From NCBI RefSeq assembly GCF_009834535.1, contig NC_045696.1:52392001-52456000 (forward strand): DNA of 64,000 bases. The letters are read 5' to 3'. The notes below the pieces were generated by a model. That model ran no database searches and had not been told where the DNA came from. It saw nothing but the letters and a program-made list of their open reading frames with translations. Positions 12,221 through 25,749 of this stretch are shown piece by piece. How positions within the stretch are numbered: position 1 is the first letter of the stretch; each line of letters opens with the position of its first letter. The translations under genes and the position numbers were made by a program. The DNA comes from Camelus ferus. Lineage: Eukaryota.

Positions 12221-14164
12221 GAGAATGACTACTTCTTACAAGAGCAGAGGGTCAGAAGACCCTTCAACTCTGGGGTGGATATTTGGTAGTAACAGAGTCA
12301 ATTTGAATATAGAATTATAGCATTTGGAGTATCTAAATAATAGAGATAATCTTAATACTTCAAAATGGTGGTTCTTGCCCATTTTTCTAGGTCGTCCTCT
12401 ACTTCATCATGTCACAGCTTGGTTAAGTAGGATGGAGTTGAGCCATCTGTGCCTTATGGCCCTAATAGGACCCATATACATGAGACAGAATTACTTAGTC
12501 ATTGTGATTCAATGTATTCCTCAAACACCTCTATACTCAGTAGGCAAGTTTGCAAAGAAAACTGCACCCACTGTTGCCAGATGAGTAGTTTCCCTTGTCC
12601 ATATCTCAGCAGAAGTTAGAAAGTATTTTATTAATTATTAAGTCTTTATAGAACCCTGATATCAAAACATTTGTTAACAAGGATATACAAGTTATTTGTC
12701 TTAGCTGCTGTAAGGAAAACAAACATAAGGTACAGTTTCTGCCCATAAAAAGGATGTAACCTTTTTGAAGGAGTTGCCAAATAAATAGACTTGAGAGTTC
12801 TTTGAGAAAAAAGATAAATGTTTAAGCTGGAGAGAGCAGGAAGGACTTTGTGGAGAAAAGCAGAATTCTATTCTTTGAGAATTACTGCTGATGCTCAGCA
12901 CCCAGCTGATTTCACAGAGCTTCCAGTCCAGGCTGGACCCAGACAGTGCCACTGCTTTGCCAGCCCTGTCACTCAGCTAGTTTTACCCAGGATGACCTCT
13001 GTGAAAGAGGTGATAACAAATGATTTTAGTCTTAGGTGTGTGTGTGCATGTGTGTGTGTGTATAAGGGAGTGTCAAAGAGCGACTTACCAGTTGGCTGTC
13101 TTCCATGAGCTTCCTTGAAACCAGACATGGAAGGCAGAGTGTTATCTCAAAGCAATTTATTTCCTAGTGTTTTATAAATTGTTGTGAGGAAGAAATTTGT
13201 GAAAAATCAATGGCAGTGCACAAATAATAAACAAAATATTTGAACTGAGGCTCTATCCATTTGTTCTTTCATTGTGGCCAAACATGTCTGTATTCTTTTA
13301 GAATGTGCTGTTTGCTAGAGGTTTAATCTCTGACACTTGCTAGGTCTTTCTGTACATGGTTGAATTGATTACATTTACTTGTTCTTATTTTGTAGAATAA
13401 GAAAGCAGTAGAACCACTATTTATTTACAGGTTCCCATTTTGAGACAGCACATGAAATAATTAGAGTTTGTGATAGCATTTAGCCCTTTTATTTACCTTC
13501 ATTGTAATAAAATATAGGAGGCAGAAACCGTTCTCCATTTTTTTTTCAAATGAGGAGAAACTGAGAAACTTTTCAAATATAACTCAATGGCAGAGAAGTA
13601 CAGTTTTCTGACTTCAAAACAGCTTGTTTCATGAGGGCATGTTGCTTCCCTTTGAGCATAAAATAAAAATAGCCCAACTTAATCAAACTATGTTTGCCAA
13701 GTTCCAGTCTACAGGGAACCTTTATTTTTATAGCCAAGAGAAACACACACTCTATACACGGCAATTTTAATGGCAGTATTGGGACAACCTATACTATAGC
13801 TTCACAAATGGAGTCCAGAAGCCTGTGGGCATATTTACCTATTAAGGGTTGTGTTAGAGAAGAGCAGGCCACAAAGATAAATGCATGACCATTTCACCCA
13901 GTTGGGAAAAATCTCTTGTTTAATTCTGAAACTGAGATAGCATTTGCAATGCTTTCCCTCCTCTACTAGTCTTTTCAAAATTATTAAATTATAACTCTTA
14001 CAAGGCAAAGCCTATATCTTGTCTCTGCCTCTCAGAGATAAATGTTTGTTGAATGAATGAGTAGAGGAATGAATAAATTAATGGACAATCTTTTAAGGCA
14101 AAACATGTTTTCTGTCTATCTGAGTAGGAAGCAATTAGTATATAGACAAATTGAATCCAACTAT

Positions 14165-14390
14165 AATGTAATAATAATATGTATTGAGTGTCAAGCACTG
14201 TACTAGGTGCTTTATGTATATTAATTTATTTAATAATTGAAACAGTTCTATAAACTAAGTATTATTGTTAGCTCTATCTCAAAGATGAGAAAAGATGAGG
14301 TCAGTGTGATCAAGTTAGTACTCATCGTTGTCTCACAGCTAGTAATGGGAGGAAGAGGAATTTGAATTAAAAACTGGTGCTTCTGTGATT
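14165..14390 (-). mobile_element. MIR SINE
   Basis: 'tattgagtgtcaagcactgtactaggtgctttatgtatatt...cacagctagtaatgggaggaagaggaatttgaa'. Confidence 0.7.
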
Positions 14391-16142
14391 TACTTATACA
14401 CAAATAGCTATGGAAAATGCCAATCAGGGTAGGAGTCTCCCAGCCAAAGCCCCTCATGTTGACTGCTTTGCAGGTAAAGCCTTAACTTGACTATCCGTAC
14501 CATGTCACAATGCAGGTTTCTATTTTAGAGGGGCACTGGCTTGATTTCATTTAGAACCTGGGCAAAAACCCTGTGTGTGGACAGATTATATAGCATTTCA
14601 GAGAAAACTTTGCAAATGTGAGCATTCCAATGTCACTTTAATTTTCTGGAGAAGGTTTAGTTCCTGTTTTCTTGAGTAGTCCAGGGTCAGGACAGCAATG
14701 TGAGTGCCTCACTCAGAGGTGGGTTCATTATAAAATGCAACCTTTTTTTCTGAATAACTGTATACCCTCGGCTACAGGATAGCCCTCAGCTTTCAGTCAA
14801 ATGTCACTCTGACCTTGGACTCCTACCCTCTCAATGATAGGCTAGAGAGTCTTTACTGCAGGAGTTCTTATCACCGTAACATCGGTTTAATTCAACACTC
14901 TAATTTTGTCTGCCTTTCTCCTCCAACTTTTATTCTACATAAATACTGGCCATGAAGATTCAAATAACCTAGGATTCATGGTGAAAAGAAGGGTCACATC
15001 TATTTCCCTTCTCCCATCACTGGCAAAGTTGTGTTCTCTGAACCAACGTTTACTTGCTCTGTAGCCTGCCTTCATTCTCCTGGGTGTAGGCTCTGAGGGA
15101 GGAAAGGGCACATCAAAACATAGAGTATTTGTTTTCATGGAACAAGACACTTGGAAAAGAAAAAGAGATCACTTCGATGTTTGATGTAATTTGGCTTTTA
15201 GAAAAATTTGCTTTGTTTTTGCACTTTTTTGGGGGGGGTAGGGGTTGTCAAACACATGAAAACCTATTCTGAAAGCTACTAGTCAACATTATCTGGCCCT
15301 AGCAACTGTTATCTAGGACAGAGATCCCAGGAAAATATCATTGTGTGACATGACATGATATGGTAAGAGCACCAGGGTCAGGAGGTGAAGAGGTGCCCTG
15401 GGATATATCCAGGAAGGGAAGGTTACATGAGAGCAAAGATGATCCAATCGTTCTCAGAAACTAGATATTAAAGTATGTATATTAAAGTGTGATTCTCCTC
15501 CAGTGTCTCATCACTTGTGGCGGCCACACTCTGGATGAAAATCTGGACATTGCCCATTCTTACCATCTTATGATTAAAGAAAAAAAAAATAGGAAGGACG
15601 CACAGCTCCACCATGACCACTTCCCACGGAGTACCACACACTCCATTGTTGGTGCAATTCCAGAAATATGTGTGATTCTTTCTGCTGCTTCTAACTTGAC
15701 AAGTGTGATCCACAAATCTCTAAAGAATTCTGCTCTGCTAAATATTCAAGAGGGTGTTTGACAGAGGGAAGAAAGGGAAAATTAACAGAGACAAAAAAGA
15801 GCTGGGCAAGAGAAATAAAACAGTTATGAGAATTTATAAAATAGGAAGGAAGTTTTTACATACAAAAGATTTTACTGAATCCTATTGGGAGAAATGAATC
15901 TACCATATCAATTATTAACATTTTAACCATTATTTCCATTAAACTATAATATTTCAGAAAAGAGGATAATCAGCATGATTCCTTTATAATTCCTTTTATT
16001 TTATTTAAAACATTTTTTTAGATAAGTTATTTGGAGAAAGTATCCTGTTTCCTAGTGAGAGGAAAACCCCACCCCTTTTTACATGGTGTGATGATTCTAG
16101 TCCAAATGCAATGAGTTTCTGGAAATGGCAAGTGAGACACTT

Positions 16143-16197
16143 GTTGCCATGGTGATTGTTAATAGTTCTGACTCAGATATAGCGTTGCTATAGCAAC
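16143..16197. promoter_or_regulatory. Paired RFX X-box motifs flanking an AP-1 site
   Basis: GTTGCCATGGTGAT 16143-16156, TGACTCA 16169-16175, perfect palindrome GTTGCTATAGCAAC 16184-16197; motif match only. Confidence 0.5.
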
Positions 16198-18439
16198 TGT
16201 ATTGAAGCCCTTGGGAGGTGGTGCAGTCTTTTTTTTTTTAAGAAGGAGGCCAGGAAGAACCATTTTAGTAGCTTCTTGCTGTACTGCAGTGACAAAGCTT
16301 TCAAGGCTATTTCATCCAGATGAAAGATCGTCCTGTTCCTGCACTGATGAACAGATATGTTACACTGCAGGATAAATATAGTCCCATACATCTTAGTAGC
16401 AAGTACATTATCTGCCTGTTAATGAATTCTAATTTTCTGACTGTAATAGTTTCTAATAACACAGGTACTCTCAAGTGGACATCTTGAAGAATCTTTAATG
16501 TCACCAGCAATACAAGAAAGCCAAAGGTCAAAGACCAAATAGGGCAAAAATCACAGAAATGTAGATTGTTTCAGCTTAGATGCATCCCTGTAACGGTGGG
16601 ATACATGGCTAACGAAGCATTTAGAAGATCCACTTGGTTGGTGTGCGTTTGGTTCTCTACAGCGTGTGCTTGTATAACATCTTCTATATACCCTGTTCTT
16701 AAAATAGTGATTGGCGTACAGAAGGCCCTCAATAAATATTGTGAGTGAGAGTCAACCTGTTAGGCAGTGGAGATAGTGTTTACTTTTCCCTAAGGCCACT
16801 CACATAATTTTGTATCATTCAAGGCTTTTGACACATTCTGTTCTACTTAGAGATGAGTGTGTTAAGCAGGTCTATGTTCTTATAAAACTGATAAGTGGGT
16901 ACAATTCTCTTATGTCAGGACTTATTCCTGATTTTCAAGTGTTAATGATCCAGGATCAGACCTGCCTAGGGCCCTAAAGCTTTGACACAGTGTGTAGGTC
17001 AGCTGGAATGGAATTTTAAAAGCAACCCCTCTGTGTAGCCTCTTTTCCAATCAGTAGATTAGATCAAGTCTCTAAAGACTCTTCACTGATGAAACAGGAT
17101 TTGAAAGTGATGGGATAACATCATTGGCTGGACCCTAAGGCTGCCTTCTCCCAATTTAATCCACTATCAACTGCCTCTTTTTGTTGTTTCCTTCCATGGA
17201 TTCTTGGGCTAAGGTACTTTTCCCCTCTTCCCCTATAAAGGTCCCTTGAGTGCTAAAATATTGCACTGTTTATCTGTGAATATTTCATAGCACCTACATG
17301 GTGATTTCAGAGTAGGAAACCAGTTAAACCAAGTTAAATAAAATAAAAGGAAATTGAATATTTATTTATTTCCCCCTACCTTTTGATTGGATTCCTCTTT
17401 CCTGCCTCTGAAGGTAGCAACTAATTAATATGAGAAAAGCATAGATGTTAATGTGGATGGTTGGCATCAATGGGAGTATTCCCTTTTACGTGAAAAGAGA
17501 GAAAGGCCCCTGAATAATTAGAAGATCTGCTTGTTCTGCTCATCCAGATCTAGATGTGGTTCTATATATACAGCAAATGTTTGTTGAGTGAATATCTTTT
17601 TCTGGAAACCATTAGCTTTATACATGAATTGTTGATCCCACAGAATAGTGGGTTTAGTTTTCTCTGTGTTCCCTGCACAGCTGGAAACTGTAACAGAATG
17701 TTGGCTATATGCTAATAAACAATCTAACCCTCATTAGGCCAGTTTTGAAGATAGTTATTCTCTTAAATAAAAATCCTTTTGCAACAAGCTTACCAGGATG
17801 GCTCTTTGTAATGCTTTCTTTCCCCATGTTGTTAGACTCAGCCTTAAATGTGTGACAATGCCTGAAATCTCTCATTTCCCATCTTGATGTTTCTTAGCTG
17901 CTTCTCCCCTTCTAGTCAGTTTCTCCATTTTTCAGGGACTTGGTATTAGGCTTTTTTTTTTTTTTCTTTTCCTTAGTTGAAAACTTTTAAACTCATTGGA
18001 AAGTTGACTTAAAATTTGTTTAATGAGCTTTTGAAAAAATTGGGGCTTCTTGTGTAAAACAGCACCTGGGCAGTGTCTCCTAATAAAATTCTGACTATAC
18101 CTATGAAAATGAGAAAAAGGTGAAAATCCACAGTGACACTGAAAATGACTGACAGTCAGCTTATTTCCCCATCTGAGGGAATTTTCATTCGCTACAAGGT
18201 TTTTGGTTCTAGATTGAAAGACTCAACTGGTGCCTTACTTTTATTATGCTCAAATGGAAGTACTTAGGAAGAGCTTCCTCAGCCCTCAAGGTATGCCCCT
18301 TGGTTTAGAAAGCTGCTGTGTTTCAAGTAAGAACTTGGGCAGCTACCCACCCCTCTACCACTTAAACTGCTACTTTGGCGGGGGTAGCCATGATGCTGTC
18401 ATCTTCTCCCTTTTCCCTTCCCCTTGTTCCCAATCAAAA

Positions 18440-18535
18440 CTTTTTCTTTTTATTGTAAAAATCACAGCATGAAATTTACTATCTTAACCATTTTTTAGTT
18501 TACAGTTCAGTACCGTTAAGTATATTCACATTGTT
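18440..18535 (-). mobile_element. L1MB-like 3' terminal fragment
   Basis: 'ttttattgtaaaaatcacagcatgaaatttactatcttaaccattttttagtttacagttcagt...gtatattcacattgtt'. Confidence 0.75.
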
Positions 18536-21209
18536 TGAAGACTTCTCTTGTTATATCCAGTTAGAACCTACAACACCAGAAAAGAAGAAAGGAACTGAAG
18601 AGGGGGGAGGGGGGAGTGGTAGAGTGTTGCATCATGGGAAGTGGGGAAGTATAGTCTTCACAAATAAAACATATTTGGGAAAAGAGATAGGGGGAGTGTT
18701 CGCTACAGTATATATGAACTGCATCTGTTTAGAGTGTCAGAAGACTAGAAAGTGGGCCATTTCAGCCCAGCAGAAGTCCATAAAAGTCACCAATCCAGAC
18801 TGTTTGTACACCTAAGAAGAGAATTCAGCAGTATTTCTCTATGTAGGGAGTAGGAACCAATATGATGGGCATAAAGAAATATTGCAAAACAAGGGAAATA
18901 AAGTTATTGTGAAGACTCAAAAGAAAAAGCATACCTATGAAAAGGATTTTGCAAGATACAGGAGAAAATTTTAGAAAATTGACTTTTCCAAGAGAGTAGA
19001 AGAATATATAAATTCTAGGAAAGGGAAACAAATCTGAAAGCATCAAAGGATATAATGCAAAGGCAGGTGACTGAGATGACACGTAACTATATCTAACACT
19101 GTGCTTAGCTCTGTAGACTGTTATAAATCACCTGAACCTATAAGAAGCTGTTGAATATGAACATGTTAAAGGATGCATAGAAATCTAGACACTATGCAAT
19201 AACCTGTTAATTAAGGGTCCAAGTAAATAGTACAGACCTTCTGTTCTCTAGACAGTCAGGAGGAGGCAAAATCAATGTTGGCTGGAGTTATCAGAGAGCT
19301 GAAAAGATCTGGCTCAGTAGGATAGAAGCAAGAATAGAATTCCAGAAAGGGACAGTAGCTTGAGCAGAAGTTCTTAATTTGTTTTGGGCAAATGCCATCC
19401 TCCTCAAACTGTCCTCAGATAGTCTTATTCTTATAATCTTTTTCATTCATGTGTTTAACATTTCAAAATCTGACACCACTTTCTGGCCAGTATTAACTTG
19501 CTTGGGCTACTTCTGAACCTTTTGGAGAAGGTTCAGTTCACCTATCTGTCTCCAGCCCATGAACTTCTCTCAGGCAAGATTGTAAAACATCTAACGTCTC
19601 AATAATATGCTAATTTTTCTAACTTCAGTCAAATCAGGCATTTTTCAGGCATTCTCCTCTCACAATAATTTTGTGTTATAGGCAGAGTTGATGATAATCG
19701 TCTCATTTACAGACAATATTAAAAAGCTATAAGGCTTTTCTAGACCTTCCTTCTTTTAAGCAAGAAAATGGTTAGGACTTAAACCCAGGGTTTTTGATTC
19801 CTCGTCTCATGGTCTTTTTGACAACATAAGTGACTGAGTAGCAAGAGGAAGGGAAGAGAAAGGTGGTGGAAATGAGCAAATAAAAATGTTTTTCTTAATT
19901 ATTTTTAAAGATAGGAGTAGGACTGTGGATGTTTGAAGAGACTGAGAATTTGACTTTCCTCTCCAACCACAGATGTTATCTACACCATTATTTATTCAGC
20001 TATGGAATAAAGGATGTTAGGATTAGAGTGTCATTTTTGAGGAAGAAAGGTTAAGGCACATAAGATATAGGCCTAGTGAGAAGGGAGGGTTCATCTGGAT
20101 AGGAGCTGGGACCATTCGCCATGTTCTAGAGAAGCAGAAGTACGGAGTACAAAAATAGCTTGATTAAGCAAGTGAATACAGCAAAGTAGAAGGGAGAAAG
20201 AAGCAAAGACCAAGAAGTGAAGACCAAAGAAGGGATAAAAGCAAAAAGGAATGATGACTGAGAGAAGAGCATGATGTCAGTAGGGAACATTCCAGACAAG
20301 AGAATATCACAGGACCAGAATTGTGATACAAGTGCGGTAACAACCATTTGACAACTGACAGTCGAGAAAATCATATGATATTTACTTTCAAGGAAAGATA
20401 GCATGCCTCTTATTTGTTCTTTCCACGGTGCTATATTAAGGAAATAGTCGGCATGCCTTGTTGACAGTAGAGAACTATTATGGGAAAACAAGATTCTGGA
20501 ATAACCGGAGGGGTGGTTGACGATACAGAGTTTTCACATGACAATAAAGTAGCTTAGTGTAGTCCAACTGGTTTAACAATCTTACGTGACATTTGACAGT
20601 TTATATGTTCTTTGTCCTCCATGTACTCTTATGCACTTGATTTTTTTGTTTAAGCTACAGTGTTGTTAGTTCCAGTGGTCGCTTCTCCCTTTTGAAAGGT
20701 TTGTGAGGACTCATATACAGGAATATAAAGACCAGAGGTTGAACTTAGTCATATTTTTAAGAGAATAGTTAAAAATTAACACGCATTCTAATTTTGTTTT
20801 GCTTTGCCCAGAGAATTAATTACCATCAGGCTGCAGCACTCACATTCTCAACAGTTTTTTGACCTGGAGAAAACCAGGCTGTTGGATGAGTCTGACTCCC
20901 CAGGCTTATCTCATACTCCACCTTGCCTGACCTCTTTGCTGCCAGAAATATAATTCTGAACCCTAGCAGCATTTGGTAACCTTCTCATTATTTTAATGTG
21001 TTTTGGATATACATAATGAAATGTCTGATTTTCCTCCTTTCTTTTCCATTGAATTAACACTAATTGGCAGTCACTGTTTAGCTGTTGGTTTCCTATCCGC
21101 CCTGCCCTGAATTCCTTCCAATTTCTAGACCCTCAGCAGAGAAAGCCACCTTACCAGACAAATAGACATAGACCCAGCTTCTTGAGGACTACTGCCACTG
21201 CCTTGGAAT

Positions 21210-21594
21210 TATATTAGGTTTCTAGGGCTGATAGCAAAGTACCACAAACTGGGTAGTTTAAACAGCAGAAACTAATTGTCTCACAATTCTGGAATTTGAG
21301 AGTCCAGAATCATTGTGTCAGCCTGGTTGGTTCCTTCTAAGGGCTGTGAGGAAAAATATGCTTCATGCCTCTCTCCAAACTTGTGGTGGTTTGCTGGCAG
21401 TCTTGGGTTTGATTTGGTAGAAGCATCACCCCAATTTCTGCCTTTATCTTCACATGGTGTTCTCCTTGTGTGCATGTCTATTTCTGAATTTCCCCTTTTT
21501 ATAGACAACAGTGTATAGAAGTCTGTTTTATAGACAGGCACTGGGGATTAGGCTTCCATATGAATTTGGAGGGCACAAAATTCAGCCTGTAACA
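21210..21594 (-). mobile_element. MaLR MLT1C-like solo LTR
   Basis: 'aaagtaccacaaactgggtagtttaaacagcagaaactaattgtctcacaattctgga' through 'aattcagcctgtaaca'. Confidence 0.85.
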
Positions 21595-23387
21595 GAAGTA
21601 TAGGCTTTCTACATCAGAAACACAAGACAAAACACATTTAAAGACTTACTTTGGAATTCTTTCTTTACTGGTTTGACTTCTTTATTTGATCTTTATCTTT
21701 ACTTTTCTCCTTTAATCCTTTCTTATTTAGGCCCCTCCCTTAGAAATCTCTTTTCTTTCTATCCTAATTATCTCTTTTAAAGTCTTTGTTCCTTCTTATT
21801 ATGTTCTTCTATTTCTACCTTCTTTTCATTGTGGATACCTGCTTCTGCTCCTTTTATTCAAAAGAAGGGTTAACATCTCTATGAACCAGTGATTATCAAC
21901 CAGAGAGGTAAAATATCCTGGGTTGAGTGAATCCCAGGGTTGTGAAATGTGTTCAAATAATTTATTCCTTATAGTTGGTAAATACCCAATTCTACCAATG
22001 ATTTACCTTTTTAAAACATGTATTTCAGAATAAACCCTTAATAGTCCCCCATTTATTTGTATTCTGATATGTTCTCTTGAAGCAGGAAGAGAAGGAAGTT
22101 ATAGTGAGCATGTGGGAATTTGTATGTGATGGATAGACCACCGTATCTGTGCCCATGGGAGTGTGTCACACATGTGACTCCTGTCCATCATGTGTCTCTA
22201 GGCAGAAAAAAGGATGAGAGTCACTCCTTCAGACCCTAAAAATTCTTGGGTATGAGAGGCCTTCCTTGGGGAGGTAAAGAGTAATTTTTTTTTTCAGTCT
22301 AGACATGTCCTATTTAAGTGTAAATCAGATATTTTGTACATATTCTCGGATAAGACAAAGCTAATTTTGTTATATGTGGCAAAATTTAAGTGATTGACTT
22401 TACCTTTATACTTTGATATTCAGTAAATCTTTGTGGGTTAATAAGTTTAAATCTTCTCATCAAATTAAAAATTCTCAGATGAACAGCATCAACACTGAAC
22501 AGGAAGTTGTGAAATCTGAATTTTAATTATGGTGCAGATACTAACAATTTACTGTCACTTTGACATGCCACTCAGATTCAGTAGGCTACAATTTCTTTAT
22601 CTGTGAACTGTGGTGTTTACATCAATAGCTACTAATAATTGTTTTACAAGTTTTAAAGGATAATTTCTTCAAATGTAAAATTACGAGTCTCATACTAACA
22701 TAAAATGAACAAATGTCAAAGTCTTTTATTTAACTCAATTAATTAATGAGGGAGCCAGTAAGATGCAACAACTAGTTTCCAAGATTGTAAAAACACACAA
22801 AAATATATAAGTAATAAAAAATAAGTTTACTAAAATATGCTAAACTAGTCAATATCCAGAAGGCAATATTTCAACCAAAAAATCGTTTGCCTTTCTATAG
22901 ACAAGAATCATTTGCATTACTGTAAATATTTTATAAATTATAGAGTTGTAAAATACCTTAAACACAATAGAAAGTGCAGGCTTCTCCAAATAAAATAACC
23001 TGAAAGCACGTACTTGACAGGAAACTCAGTATTCTATTTTTGTCCATTTTAAAATCCTTTACAGTTTTCCTGAGGTAAATATTGGAGTCCTTTGTTTCAA
23101 ACAAAATGTTCTAACTCTATTCATAACTCATATGAAAAGAAGAATCACTTTGGTTGAAATGAGTATAGGGGCTTCTGATTAAGCTTCCTGCTTCTTCCTT
23201 ATTTTTTCTCTTGGAGTATTCACTGAGACCCTAATCCAGAGTTTTTAGATCTGTGTTAAGTCACAGTTTGGAAACCATTAAATGATTTCTCTAATTACTG
23301 ATTGGCCTTACATTCAGTTCCTCAACTTTACTTTAGTAGTTCCCATGCCTACACATTGCACCCATGCCTCTACCTGCTCCCCACTAA

Positions 23388-23417
23388 ACACACACATGCA
23401 CACACACACACACGCAT

Positions 23418-23465
<48 letters not shown>
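23388..23465. repeat. (CA)n microsatellite
   Basis: Interrupted CA run with a perfect (CA)23 tract at 23419-23464; explains the HT/VC-repeat ORFs. Confidence 0.98.
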
Positions 23466-23468
<3 letters not shown>

Positions 23469-24674
23469 TATATCAAGGAAGGAAGATATCCCTTTGAGGG
23501 TCCTAATGTATTCTTTACAAACTATCCTCAACTCCAAAACTGTCCACGACTGTAGAATTTCCATCTCTTAATTTCATGGAATTATAAGTTACTTGAAAGA
23601 ATACAGTCTACTTCACTGAGTAACCTGCACCTTAAGAGGCCTAAAGTATTCTTGAAAATAATTTACAAATATATCAGTTGGGTTTTAGTATGATGCTATC
23701 TTTATCATTAATGTATTCAGTCTATTTCTTAATTTTGAAAAACATGGCCATATTTTTTAGATGCCTCTGGGCACATGTACCAAAATATCTCTATAAATTC
23801 TGCAGTCATGCTTTCCTCTTCTTTATTTCTATTCCAAATTATATGGATTGTGAAAGTCTGTTGTCATGTGAAGACTATGAAGAAGTTCTTTTACAAACAG
23901 GACACTGTTTCCTCACTACACATTCTGACCTAAAATCTTTCCTTTTCTATCCTGTCTGTAGACTTTACAGTATGCTGGCCTTGGTCCTGGTCCTGGGCAC
24001 AACATGTGTGAGATTCTTGCCTTAGTGGCAATGGTGAGTTCATTTCTTAGAACCCAGAGTCATTGTTAGTAATCCCCATACTATGATCCACTGTCTTGTT
24101 CCAGCTTCTTATAGTGAAACTCAGATCTTCAATTAATTTTCTGATTCTTACTATTTGTTCTTGCAAGTACCCTCCCTTTCACTGACCTATAATAAACTGT
24201 CTGTTCAGCTGATCTCTTACACTTGACCCTTTGCCTTCCTAAATCCAAGATGCCTTCCCATTTCCTTTTTCTTGGCTTACCCAAGAATAACTCCATGTAC
24301 TCTATTCTCCTGTGTCATTTTGGTTAGTCTTTCCTGTCCTTTCTTGTCTTTTAGCTGCTCAAATCCTGACCTTCTTTCTGTATATAATCCCAGGGCTTTA
24401 AGAGACCAAGATACTAAAGTAAATTTCAGTATTACCTAGAAAATCCCAAAAGTTGCTTTTCTCACCCCAAAACTATCATTCTCCTCCCTGTGCTTCAACA
24501 TCCATCACAGAGATATGAAGTATTTTGATAAGAGACCAATATTTTCTTAAAACAGCATTAAATGAAATGACTTGTTTGATTTGATTAGGTCCACTATCTG
24601 AAAAATTCTTTGTTCTTTCCTTTCTAACCCTGTCTCTTGACTAGGGTGGAAGCATAGACCAATGAGAAAACCTG

Positions 24675-24880
24675 ATAAGATAGCTAATTTTGTGAAGTAA
24701 GCACTCTATACCAAGTGTTATACTAAGTATTTAAAAAACTCTATTCTGCACGATATCCTCTAAAGGAGATGCAATTATTAACCCCATTTTACCACTGAGA
24801 AAAGTCTGAATAAGTTGCCAACTAATAACTTTCATAACCAGGATTCAAATTTAAGCCTTTCTGACTTCAGCGCTCACTAA
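24675..24880 (-). mobile_element. MIR SINE
   Basis: 'gcactctataccaagtgttatactaagt...attattaaccccattttac...ccaggattcaaatttaagcctttctgacttca'. Confidence 0.65.
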
Positions 24881-25749
24881 ACTCGACATCCTCCCAGGGT
24901 AACGCACTAATATCACAATCTGTTATTAAATGAGTGGCAACCTTGACTGATTTGCATTTCAAAACATTTACATCCATTTGTGGTAGAAATGTTCAGACAA
25001 ACCATTAACCAGAGGGAAATCTCAGAAAAAGAGAAGCATCAGAAGACAGTGGCAAGGGCACAGGTCAGAAGATAAGGAAGCTCAGGTTCTAGTCTGAGCT
25101 GTTGGGCAAGAAGCTCTCAGAGTTTCCATTTTCTCATTTGTAAAATCAGACTTTTGTACCAAATAGTCTCAAATGTTTCTTCCAAAATGTAACTATTTAC
25201 TTCCTGAGAGGGGCTAAAAAAAAATCTATCCACAATATAATTAATTTCTGCAGTTGAAAGAGCTATGAGAGCACTGTACATGGGTTGGCCTTGTATGGTG
25301 AGAGTAATTATGCAAGTCAGTCCAGCTCTCCTGTTGGTCTTGTCCTCTCTTGCTCTGTATCAGAGCAACTGCTGAGTGAGTCACTGAGAGCCAGGCAAGT
25401 GTGGCAGCAGTGTTACTTCCTAGGACTGCTGTCATCAAAGTGGCAGGTCAGATCACCACCTGGAAAGTGGACATGCATTCTCCCTTAACGTCAGCCTCTC
25501 AGCATGTAAGAGCCATTCCAACCCAAAGACACTGGGTTGGGCTCATGTGGAAAAAGGGAGAGGTTAAGAGAAGTTTCAATAGCAGATGATGTATTGTAAG
25601 TAAAAGCATAAAACTACAAGATGAAAATCTGGAAAACATGCTGTACAGATTCCTTGGAACACAGCTTGAGGGAGGGAGGCCTGGCTGAGTATTGTTGAGC
25701 AACAAGAGCAGCAGACAGATCACTGGTATGCAGCCATCACAAATGAGGG

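Noticed and set aside
15468..16531. Overlapping ORFs in the repeat-poor block as exons
   Set aside because: No recognisable protein in any frame, and homopolymer runs interrupt them; a regulatory reading fits better
22640..22960. Possible ancient repeat ('aactcaattaattaatgagggagccagtaagatg')
   Set aside because: Looks repeat-derived but I cannot assign the family with confidence
23282..23571. His/Thr- and Val/Cys-repeat ORFs
   Set aside because: Translations of the (CA)n microsatellite
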